Shown here: positions 53,026-64,000 of the stretch, in pieces
Layout: the number at the start of each line of letters is the position of its first letter
Numbering within the stretch: the stretch's first letter is position 1
NCBI RefSeq assembly: GCF_947568905.1
Contig: NC_079168.1
Span: 35,898,001-35,962,000 of the forward strand
Reading direction: 5' to 3'
Length of the DNA stretch: 64,000 nucleotides
DNA from: Ostrea edulis
Lineage: Eukaryota
Position numbers and translations under genes: made by a program
Notes under the pieces: model-generated
What the model saw: only the letters and a program-made list of their open reading frames with translations
What the model was told of the DNA's origin: nothing
The model's database searches: none

Positions 53026-53080
<55 letters not shown>

Positions 53081-53320
53081 ACGGCAGTGCTGAATTATTT
53101 TCAACAAGTAAATACGTGTTGCTTTCTTATCACATTTACTGCATGGAAAGGGAGTTATGTTCGATATTCTATATCATTTTAAATAAACAATCTGTGTATT
53201 GAAGTGACACTGCGTCATAGAAATGGTATGCCCTCTGCACAGTTGTATGCACACTGTATATATACTTACCATGACCATGAGTGACACAGTACATAGCGTT
53301 AGTCCCGTAAGGATGTACAT
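51864..53320 (-). CDS. Secreted 10-Cys colipase/prokineticin-fold peptide, 109 aa. Exons 53320-53270, 52712-52550, 51979-51864
   Basis: GT-AG introns in phases 0 and 1. Signal MYILTGLTLCTVSLMVMGA; Cys spacing C-x5-C-x4-CC-x8-C-x9-C-x11-C-x-C-x5-C-x29-C. Confidence 0.85.
52067..52424. mobile_element. MITE of the same TIR family, in intron 2 of the colipase-fold gene
   Basis: cagtggcggat ... atccgccactg ends; internal duplication of about 70 bp. Confidence 0.7.
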
Positions 53321-54649
53321 CTTGTTCTGTCGGACAAACCTATACCAGTGCTCCCAGATCTACAGATCTTCCGCAATATATGTCTTATCAACAGAGGTTG
53401 ATAGTTCTAGAGATAAGTTTACACGGTAGTTCCTGATATAGGAGACAAGAGCTAAATTAATCTAGATCAATGCCGTTATAACGTTAATAAATCACTTTTA
53501 TATTTGTGTTTTTAAAAACTCTGTAGTTGTTACCATATTTTTTTTGCTAAAAGCAGACATATCTTTTGACATACTACTTGATTTCATCAAGGATGAACAA
53601 ACTTCACTTTATCATTCCATCGTGTTCGTAAACTCATGACCACAAACTATTAGACAAAACTGCAGGCATCAAATATTAATTACCGAATACGATGCTCATA
53701 CATTCATCAGTTTGGGATAATACTTATGAGTCGAGAAGAGGATATTATGGGAAAACGTTATTTATACTGCCTTCTATTTTCTTCAGCATTTAATAACATT
53801 TACGATGTCAATTAAAAGAGTATTAGACGAGGTGGGGAATTCATCTAAAACTACCAACGGAAAATTTAGTAGTTTTCGAAAGGTTTGATTTTACTCAATG
53901 GGAAAAAAACTAAAATTGAATAGCTGTAGACGAAGTGATAAAACTAATTCAAATTGTAAAATTTTCTTTCATATCTTGAACCAAAAAACCAGACAATTGA
54001 CCACAGCTGGCTTAAAATAAATAGTTTGTTAGTTTGTCCACAAGCGTATGAGTTTATATGATACGGTGTGGTATGTACCCGGTAAATGAACCTGTTGTTT
54101 AATGCAATACATGTACATACACATGTACATGTATATCTATTTCGGGTATTGAAATGGTGAACATGGTATTCCAGTTAAGCATGGATATCAACCATTTACA
54201 AATTAAACGTGTCGCCTGACCACAGGTGTTACATGGACATTCCTTCTATGCATTGATGACGGTATGTCAAATCAGCCACCATAGTTCATGATTTATAAGT
54301 ATACTTTTTGTTAAATTCTGCAATCAAAATGAATTAATATGTACACTTTATATGTATGTGAGTGTATTTACGACAATTTGTACATGCATGTATGTATGTA
54401 TGTGTAAATATATGTACAAATATATGTTTAAATGAACATGTATGTGCATGACATTGGGGCGAAAATTTTCAGTACCTANNNNNNNNNNNNNNNNNNNNNN
54501 NNNNNNNNNNNNNNNNNNNNNNNNNNNNNNNNNNNNNNNNNNNNNNNNNNNNNNNNNNNNNNNNNNNNNNNNNNNNNNNNNNNNNNNNNNNNNNNNNNNN
54601 NNNNNNTTCAGTGATTTTGTCGCAACATCTTACAATATTTCTTAAAATT

Positions 54650-54870
54650 ATAATGAAAGGTGAAGATAACGAACAGTGATCAATCTCATAACTCCTGTAA
54701 GAATACAAAATAGAGAGTTGGGCAAACACGGACCCCTGAATATACTAGAAGTGGGTTCAGGTGCCTAGGATTAAGTATCCCCTGTTGACGGGTGACACCC
54801 ACCTTAACCATGTAAACGGAGTAATCCGTAGTCAAATTCAGTGTGCCAAGAACGGCCTAACAATCGGTTG
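54650..54870 (-). mobile_element. Naiad 3'-terminal fragment; similar solo fragments at 4810-4905 (+), 27300-27340 (+), 41430-41475 (+), 50430-50640 (-) and 60995-61090 (-)
   Basis: gagattgatcactgttcgttatcttcacct and ccaggggtccgtgtttgccc motifs shared with 24180-24275. Confidence 0.85.
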
Positions 54871-55614
54871 AAACCCCTGCAACATCAACTTGTTTGTCAG
54901 TAACCTGCCTCGATTTAAAAATCCAATTATCGCACAAATCATTCATACTTTATAAAATAGCCATAGCGTTCGTGAATGTTTAAAGAGTCGGGGTGGGTGG
55001 GGCTATTTCTATAATATACGCAAAATAATATATATAAAACAAAACACTTTCTTAAAGTGTACATAAACTTTTTTAAAATTTCTCTTTAAAAAGACAAACA
55101 GTGGTTGATGGTCAATAGAAACAGGCCTTCACACACAATACACCTACATAAATGGTAGGGACAAACCTTGAAACACAGAAATAAATAGGGTCATTGTCGC
55201 ACAAAAATAACGAAATTAAAGCAATACGTGTATAAACACGATCGTAAATTATCTTTTTTGTCAAAATAAGGAATATATATATGCAATGTAATTACTCTAA
55301 ACAAAAGCCTGAGTTTCAGCATTTACTGGATTTATCATTTTAAAAATTATGTTGCATATATTCATTGTACAGTATATATATATGCTTACACATGTACTGT
55401 AAGAAGTAGAATATGCTTTCATTTACATGTACATTACTGTAAATTATGCTGTTAGACAAACATCGGTGTATTTATACCCCTCACATTTATACAGTTCATA
55501 CTTATAAAAGAAAAAATACAGTTCATACTTATAAAAGATAAAAACACATAGAAAAGTAAAACAAAACGACACAGGCAATTGTGCAGAACACAGCAAAACG
55601 AATTCCTGATTCTT

Positions 55615-58600
55615 TTAATGGCGACAAACAACGACCGGTATAGACGAATGATGGACCACATAATCGCTAACACTTCCCATGATAGTCCGCCTGATTTTCC
55701 CAAGCCCACGACAGGCAATTATGATCATGGTAACCCCTAGCTCTTCCGACGTTTTGACGATCTGTTCTCCAGGGTCGCCGTGTGCTCGAACAACATTTCC
55801 TTGAACCTAGACGAACAAATAGTTGATGATATAAATATACACAGTGTTATAAATGTATCGATTTGGCAATGTTAACAAGGAAAAAGGAAGTAGCCCAGTT
55901 ACTGCGTTAAATATATATTTTTTTTATCTTTCACTAGTTTCACTTTTCGTAAATCATCTTTAAGCAAGATACAAACAGAATACAACATGCATGTGAAAAG
56001 TATGTAGATTATTCAGGGTTTATCGTCAGACTGTCAAAAACTAGTAAGTCGATCGTTGTTCAGAAAATAATGATACCCCAGCGTCCATTAATATTGCGTC
56101 CAGTTTCTTGATTGTGATTTTGGCCTTCTCTTCCTCCTCTTTAAACGCTGTGTGGACGAACGTAGGATCCACAGGCATCCAGTTAGCTGATAGTAAACAC
56201 AAGTATACATAATGAATCCGCCTCTTAGATAAAGAAGAAACGTATGCGAGGAAAACAGTTTCAACTGCAGCTGTGCAGTGGTAACAGAAAACAGATTAAT
56301 TTATATATTTGTGTCATTTTCCTCCAAATCGAAATACAACATTTATGGTGAAGACTCTATGGATGAAAATGTTCGGTCATTTGCTGTAATATGGCACACA
56401 ATTAAGATTGTGCAATAATCGTTTTCTGCGACATATGGCAGTACTACTTATCACCATCAAAAGTTTTGTTGGTATAAAAAGTCAATATTTTCTTGACGCA
56501 CGCATGCTTCTCAAGGTGAATTTAATGCAGAGTAATGATAAACGGTTAGCAATTGATATTACAGACTGGTTTGGATCGTTATTATACTTTATGAATAGTA
56601 GCTTTCAAAAATCAATAGATATAATTTTGATCATTTTGTTGCAAATATAATTAAAAGAGGGCATTGAAAATGTAACACAGAGGCGAAGGTTATACAGTAT
56701 AGTTTTGTTTTACTGATTTTTGTGTCATGATATATGAGGATGGGTGCCGACCGAAATTGCACTTAGACCATTTCGAATTTAAAACTTACATGTATCATTA
56801 CAGGTTCAATGTATATGTCAATTGAAATTTCAACAAATTATCTTTTAAAAAGAAAATAATCAGATTCAAAAACTGATGACTGCACGAGTCTCTGTGGTGA
56901 AACTCGAAACAGGATATAAGGATAATGGTTGTTTCCTTGTTTACAAATTCAGCTTATTACTAAAGACTAATGCTATCTAACAACAAATGATGTCTTCCAC
57001 ATAATGCAGTCATGAAAATCAACGTGGATGAAACCCTGTGTAAAATGCTTCACAGAAGGAAAAGAGATCTTAATACAATGAGTATTTGATATCCTGAGGG
57101 TAAGAGTAATTGGGGTTAACTTAAGCTAGCTTCGACAGGATCAAATGATATTGTTCACAAGACACTGAACTTAGTTAGACATATCTGTTGACGCCCCTCC
57201 ATTATGACACCTACATTATCTGTAACGGCAGGCTAACTTAAAAATTCGAATTTGTTGCATACTGTGCTCATTAGTCATCTTTAAAAGGTTATATAGAATC
57301 ATCTTCCTTCAACACATGATATGTTTAAAGAACTTTCGTTTATCAGTTGTCAAAACGAAGCGTATGGTAACAATTATATTTTCTCAGTGCATGTATATTG
57401 CCAAGTCAATTACTTCCTGTTAATACACATGCAGGGGAGTCTACAGCTTCAGGGTTTTTTGTAGTTAAAAACATGGCATACAATATCTTATCTGTTTTCT
57501 CATAATCGTTTGAGAGGTTCAAACTTAAATATTCTTTCCATCATTGAAGTATTCTTTGTTAACTTTTGAGACAATATTCAACTTAAGGATCCGCTAAATA
57601 CGTGGTCTTCACTCATTATCGTTTTACGTAGCTAGTATACGAGAGGGAACAGGAAATGTAATATTACACCGACAGATTAAGTGAAAAAGTAACAACTAAA
57701 ATATGCAATTGTAAAACAGCCAAAAGTGTTGGATTGCCTAATTAGGCAAATACATGCAATGAGTGGAGATGTTCACTGAATAACTCGGTGAAATTTTATC
57801 AATACATATGATTACAAAGTTTTGATTCATTTTAAAAATGAAACTGACTTTCATCAAAGTCACTAGACATTTTAAATCGATCTTTATCGCATTCATTTGA
57901 CAACACAGGACCTGCTGTACATGTCGTTCTTGTACGGCTATACTTACATCCATAGGAAGCGGAACTTCTGTGATCGGTGACGTGCAGTACGGTGACGTCA
58001 TCATCCTTTTGATACAAATGGTTGACAAACCCTGAAAAATGTAATGATTGTGATTTTTTTTATCAGGTTGTAGTCAGATGATATTTCGTGTGCCATGTGA
58101 ATATCTGCATGTTGTCATGTTACAATGTATTAACGATGATATTGTAACAGGAAGGATGAAAACGCAACAGGGCAGGCCTGGATTCGATTCAGAGCCTCTT
58201 GAATCTCTAATCAAGTGTTCTACCAACTGAGTTACGTGTATCTGGCAACGGTGACCGAACACGTCTGACCACCACATTCCTCCCTCCTTAACTATCTTCA
58301 CAGCTTGAAAACATCAACTCAGTATCTTTATCCCTTGGTAGGCATTTTCACCTATCAGTTCCAGGGTATGGTCTTCGGCACTGAATGTAACAGGTAAAGA
58401 GATAAAGCAACGGACCAGACCGGGGTTCGGACCCGGTCCCCTGAATCTCGTCAGGTTCTCTGTTAATTATAGTCATTGCCGATCGAACCGTCTGACCATC
58501 ACAAACAAAAGGAATATTTATATTCCATACTATAAATGTTAATAATTTGAAAGCACTGTCAACAATAAAAAAATTAAAAGATCATTTTTTTTTCAAAAGT

Positions 58601-59435
58601 GAAATTGTGAGTTGGCGGAGTCTTAAAACTGAGTTATATATCGTATTTTAAGTCAAACGTTTGCTGTGAAGATCATTTGTTTGTAATACCAACAAAATTC
58701 AGAAACGTACTTGTAAAAGGCATAGAACAACAAATAACAACAAATTCCTATTGAAATTGGTAGATGGAAACTAGCTCCACGCGAAGAAAGCATACGTAAC
58801 CTATGGCAGAGCAATCAGATACAGTAGGTGGTGAATATCATTATATTTTAGAGTGCAATGCTCTTTTATACTTGAGGAAAAAGTTACGAAGTAGCACTTA
58901 TTGAAAAACTCCAAACACGTTAAAATGTTGTGCATCAATGTCAACTAAAGACACAGCAACCCTTTGAGAATTCTGTACATTTATAACAAAAACATACATT
59001 GTACGATATGATCGACTCTCCTAGGTATACATATACTTTACTAGTCGCTTGTACCAATCCCGCTTTTCCCTTTTATCTTGCTTCTAATTTTTATAAATAT
59101 GCAATTTTGTACCTCATGTAACATAATATACGCTTTGTGAGAAAAACATGAACTCGAACATGCAATACAATGTGTGTACTATATTTGGAAGACGATTAGT
59201 ATTGAACGCAAATGTACATGTACCTTGAAATGCGTGTTTTTTGCAGCTGTTATGTTACGATTTTTCCCTCGTAGTTAATATTTTTGAATTATTCATAACC
59301 CGGTGGAAGACATGTTACAAAAAACCTTGCAAGAAAATCAATCTCCTTAAGATACTTACATTTTAGCGCCCCTTCAGAGTATTCGCTCCCGTCCATAGCA
59401 ATCAAAATTTTTCGCTGTTTTCCTTTGTCCGCCAT
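55615..59435 (-). CDS. Universal stress protein (UspA-like) A, 153 aa. Exons 59435-59360, 58031-57948, 56186-56077, 55806-55615
   Basis: ILIAMDGS start, VLHV strand, RGLGKIRRTIMGSVSDYVVHHS end; GT-AG introns, sum 462 nt. Confidence 0.92.
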
Positions 59436-61189
59436 TGCACACAATGTGCAGTCTTGTAAGCGGAGAATAAACACGCGATTAGATAAAATTTTAAATTTGT
59501 TTACTTATGCGCACTTCAGTGATTTTAGCACACTAATGCTATGTACACAGGTCTCGCACTACTAATAGCCCGTGAAGTACGAATAGGCATATAGGAAAAC
59601 TCTGGAAATCACTGGATCCCGAATGAGTGTTAGTTTGAATATTCAGCTTCCCGATCAATAACGAAGTTCTCGTAGTGGGAAGTAGGTCTTCAGTGGATTT
59701 AAATGTGACGTCCGTATTAAACCAGTGTGTTAAGAGTTTAATTAAATACATTGAACTTTTATGATAGGCATGAATCAATAATTCATATCTACCAATTTCC
59801 TTTGATTGGATCGGTGTGCGACTTCATTTTGTTTCAGGCGTTTGTTGTTATTTGTTTGGGTTTTATTTTTGTTTATTTTGTTTTGTTTTTGTTTGTCTTA
59901 CTTTGGTGATGAAATTATTCCTCTCAAGGTTCCAACAGAAACATAATTATTTTTCATTCAAGTATATTTAGCGATGATGACTTCCGATTAGCAATGGGGA
60001 TGAGAATATCTACATGATGTCAGAAAAGCATGTAATCAAAACTTCTCATTCTGATATAGCATACATGTATGTTGATAGTAAAGGAAAAGCATGGAATAAT
60101 CGGGATGATTTTCACGGCACCACAGAAATCCACAGGTGTATAAATAAAATCCACAGCCAAGTTTGTTCCTTGGTATTTTATTTTTAATTTATACGTTTAT
60201 TGTTAAATCGCACATATTTGATACATACTACATGATATAAAGATTCAAGTACATATTCATCTAAAAAGTGGAATTTGAGCAAATTATATGGCTGGAGCAT
60301 TATTTTTACAAATACATAAGGATAGGAAATGCCACATTTCACGCTGGTGTAACATTAGATAAGGACCCCAGGGGTCACCCTCTCAAGCGTGAAATTTTGA
60401 TCCTTGTTAAAAAATGACCCTTGGAAATCATTTCTTGTGGGGTCAAATTTCCACATTTAAAAATGATATAAAGCGTACAAAGTATTTTCTGTACAGTCCA
60501 TATCTCGAACAGGTGGGTGTTGATCAGCTGGTATTATGGGGTCAAGTATCCTGAGGTCATCTCAAAGGCTTGATAAAGAATCCCAAGACCCTGATATGAG
60601 CCCTAAGCATGGATCAAAATTTGTGGCACTTCAGCTACAGCTGATGGCGTCTCAACACGAATAGAAAATATTCAAAAGGGACACTAAACAATATAAAACA
60701 AACAAAATAAACTTTGTTATAACTTTTGAATCGTACAAGATAGAGACATCATAGTTAGTGAACCGAAAACCTTCAGGTCATGTGACTTCTAAATTACAAG
60801 GTAATTCAAGTTTTATTATGGCCACAATCAGGGATATTTTGTCTTAATTTGATAATTCTACTTTATCTGTATGAAATTAAAACTTAATCGATCTGAAATA
60901 AATAGAAAATTGCACCTGTTTTCACTACAATTATTTTTTCAAATATGGCAAAATTCAATAATATTCTTTACTTATGAAGTTTAAATACTCTTACGAACAG
61001 TGATCAATCTCATAACTCTTATAAGAAATACAAAATAGAGAATTGGGCAAACACGGACCCCTGGATTTACATGAGGTGGGATCAGGTGCATCTTGAACAA
61101 TGACATTTTTTGGTGAGAAATTACCTTAGGTACTATGTTTTTGTATTATCTGTAACACACGACAAGGACAGGTATAATGCTACTTTAAT

Positions 61190-63361
61190 TCAATCGATAA
61201 TAGAAGAAGTACTTTTGAAAGATTTGTCTTTGAAGACAATCACTGGGATGTTTGCATGTTGAACAACATAATCACTGACGCTACCCAACACCGTCCGTCG
61301 AATGACACCCAAACCTCGACTGCCCGTGATAATCAAGGAGGCATTGACACAGGCGGCCCTTTTCACGATTTCTTCTCCTACATCTCCAAATAAACGATTT
61401 ACTTCTCCATGAATCTACAATGAATTAACACAAAACTGGAAATGTATTTGTGTATTTCCCGAAAGGTGTTTAATAAACAGTGTAACGTGTAACCTTCCAT
61501 GTAAGTCAACTTAATGTAGGCTGTGCATTATATTATGTTCATCAATCATACATTTATTATTTAACCCACAATGTACCAAAATCAGTATTTCTCTGTGATG
61601 CTAACTTTATTGTGTAAGAGGAAGCTCTCCATTTCTTTCACCACTGCTTTGGCCTTCTTGTCTTCCTCCTGACGCCCAAGAACAAACAGGTGTTGATCAG
61701 CTGGTATTACGGGGTCTAAAACAAACAGGTGTTGATCAGCTGGTATTATGGGGTCTAAAACAAACAGGTGTTGGTCAGCTGGTATTATGGGGTCTAAAAC
61801 AAACAGGTGTTGGTCAGCTGGTATTATGGGGTCTAAAACAAACAGGTGTTGGTCAGCTGGTATTATGGGGTCTAAAACAAACAGGTGTTGGTCAGCTGGT
61901 ATTATGGGGTCTAAAACAAACAGGTGTTGGTCAGCTGGTATTATGGGGTCTAAAACAAACAGGTTTTGGTCAGCTGGTATCATGGGGTCTAAAACAAACA
62001 GGTGTTGGTCACCTGGTATTATGGGGTCTAGAACCAAACATTTGTTGACTTATTTCAGGGTTAGTCTTATGAAATATATATTGTGTTTTATATAATTTTT
62101 ATCCTCCAACGATTACCAACTTTATTTCAAATTTAATCGTAAATACAGGCTTTCTTGCATAAATGATACGAGCGACGTCACTATATGAGCTGTCGTTATT
62201 GATCCGTAATATGTCCTTTGCAGATATTCTGCATCGATTTCCTTTATTCGCATATTATATTGATTGAATTTAAAGCATAAATTTGAAGTTTTTATGTTTC
62301 AAGTTTCTAATGAAAAGATCTATACTATGTTTCAGTACAAACAAACTGAATTCTTAGACATCCTTTATATAATTATCTTTGTTTCTGTTTTATTTATCTT
62401 GTGTGTGTTATTACCAAGTATGTAACAAATATAATGAAGCAAACTCTTTCGATATCACATCGCATATCAGCCCTCGACCAACACCAGCCCTCTGTGCTTT
62501 CACCTTTAAACTAATATTAGGGTTGGTTTTGATGTGTTAAAGAAAAGGGTATTTACTATGCATTATTCTGTATATGAAGTACATGGCAAAGTAAGAAAAA
62601 TAAAAACAAATCTGTATGATATTAATTTGATTTAATCTATCTATCTTTCTACATGTACCTTTCTATTTATTTATCTATNNNNNNNNNNNNNNNNNNNNNN
62701 NNNNNNNNNNNNNNNNNNNNNNNNNNNNNNNNNNNNNNNNNNNNNNNNNNNNNNNNNNNNNNNNNNNNNNNNNNNNNNNNNNNNNNNNNNNNNNNNNNNN
62801 NNNNNNNNNNNNNNNNNNNNNNNNNNNNNNNNNNNNNNNNNNNNNNNNNNNNNNNNNNNNNNNNNNNNNNNNNTCTATNNNNNNNNNNNNNNNNNNNNNN
62901 NNNNNNNNNNNNNNNNNNNNNNNNNNNNNNNNNNNNNNNNNNNNNNNNNNNNNNNNNNNNNNNNNNNNNNNNNNNNNNNNNNNNNNNNNNNNNNNNNNNN
63001 NNNNNNNNNNNNNNNNNNNNNNNNNNNNNNNNNNNNNNNNNNNNNNNNNNNNNNNNNNNNNNNNNNNNNNNNNNNNNNNNNNNNNNNNNNNNNNNNNNNG
63101 TGGAAAATGATAAAAACAAAATACGATCGTTTAGCTTTAGAACACACCTTTGGTTTCAAAACTGTAACGATTGTCTGTAACGTGGACGATGTACAACTGA
63201 TTCTCGTCCTTGTGAAGAGTCTGCATGTACCCTGATAATCAAAAAGAAATGATGAAGTTCTGTGTTTAAAAAAGATACGAAAATACTTTCCTTGAATAGG
63301 ACTTACATTCCAAAGCATCCCTGGCAATTTTACTTCCGTCTGTCGCCATGATGACCTTCAT
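61190..63361 (-). CDS. Universal stress protein B, 157 aa via the last acceptor and up to 261 aa via the first. Exons 63361-63307, 63231-63148, (62027 or 61715)-61606, 61414-61190
   Basis: VIMATDGS, YIVHV, GSRGLGVIRRTVLGSVSDYVVQHA. Exon sizes of 84 and 110 nt are identical to USP A. Confidence 0.9.
61677..62037 (-). repeat. 39-bp minisatellite, 9 units, spanning the intron 2/exon 3 junction of USP B
   Basis: Minus-strand unit tttgttttagaccccataataccagctgaccaacacctg; open in the USP frame (VLDPIIPADQHLF). Confidence 0.95.
62679..63099. other. Assembly gap, probably a collapsed (tcta)n repeat; other gaps at 45362-45501 and 54479-54606
   Basis: N runs; tctat flank and an internal tctat island at 62874-62878. 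Confidence 0.9.
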
Positions 63362-63827
63362 TCTAGATGACAAAGTTCTGCAATGTGATTTCGATTTACA
63401 AATTTCACCAGTATAGAGCAGTCACTCTACAATAATCTGACCACGAGTATCTAACTAAACATTGTACATTGTGTTTAAAAGTACTTGTGTATTTCCGTAA
63501 CAGTTCTTTAATACGTTCACATTATGATCATGTGATATGGTATATTAATCAGTAGTTTCTTGACGCAATTGAACATGGGAGTAATTTATGTATTTATATT
63601 ATACACATATCACAAAACATGATTTAGTTGAAAACTTTCATGCATGTTGATTCTTAATAAATATAAGCTCTACTAACCAATGTATTAACATTGTTCAATA
63701 TCTGGCATGTAATTACGTGGTTAAAATAGTAGCGTATCAGAATATAACTTTTTATTTAACCTAAGTATTACATGTATATCCAGAACAAAAAAATTAGGGG
63801 TCAGTAAACTGTGTGATACATGGGAAC

Positions 63828-64000
63828 TGTGTGATACATAGGAAATGTGTGATACATAGGAAATTAAATGTGTGATACATAGGAAATGTGTGATACATAG
63901 GAAATGTGTGATAGAAACTGTGTGATACATAGGAGCTGTGTGATACATAGGTACTGTGTGATACATAGGAAATGTGTGATACATATGAGCTGTGTGATAC
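63828..64000. repeat. 18-20-bp minisatellite (tgtgtgatacatagg core) running off the window end
   Basis: About nine copies of gtgtgatacat. Confidence 0.9.

Noticed and set aside
53495-53502. TATAAAAG upstream of the colipase-fold gene, and TATATATAG at about 29093 upstream of VWA gene A, as promoters
   Set aside because: Plausible, but such motifs are frequent in AT-rich DNA and the transcription starts are unknown.
61748-62095. Plus-strand repetitive ORF (GSKTNRCWSAGIM)n
   Set aside because: Antisense shadow of the stop-free 39-bp repeat; the minus strand fits the USP exon structure.

Overview
Eukaryotic, AT-rich, repeat-dense animal DNA, most likely an oyster (Ostreidae). That assignment is an inference from a 166-bp Cg170-like satellite inside a Helentron-type element and from bivalve-type SINEs and Penelope-like elements. 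The ORF track is misleading here because the real genes are spliced, so I rebuilt exon chains by hand from splice signals and phase. Host genes: (i) two tandem copies of an OTU-like gene, one decayed (1-1295) and one nearly intact (about 6304-8015, probably continuing to a coiled-coil exon at 11699-11935); (ii) two paralogous secreted triple-VWA genes lying tail-to-tail (29176-33969 + and 38036-35310 -); (iii) a tentative 7-exon cadherin-like surface-protein gene (51527-47572 -); (iv) a His-rich 10-Cys colipase/prokineticin-fold peptide gene (53320-51864 -); (v) two tandem universal stress protein genes (59435-55615 - and 63361-61190 -). The rest is mobile DNA: many Naiad-type (N-terminal GIY-YIG) Penelope-like copies, one nearly full-length and nested in a DIRS retroelement that also holds a Crypton-like remnant; a C-terminal-endonuclease Penelope-like element split by a 4.4-kb foldback-type insertion; SINEs, Helentron-type elements, palindromic MITEs and a hammerhead-ribozyme-bearing repeat. 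The top candidates for something new are a 39-bp minisatellite that multiplies a USP splice acceptor nine times in frame, and the 4.4-kb cargo-carrying foldback insertion, whose removal restores the host reading frame. Three N gaps limit the view (45362-45501, 54479-54606, 62679-63099).
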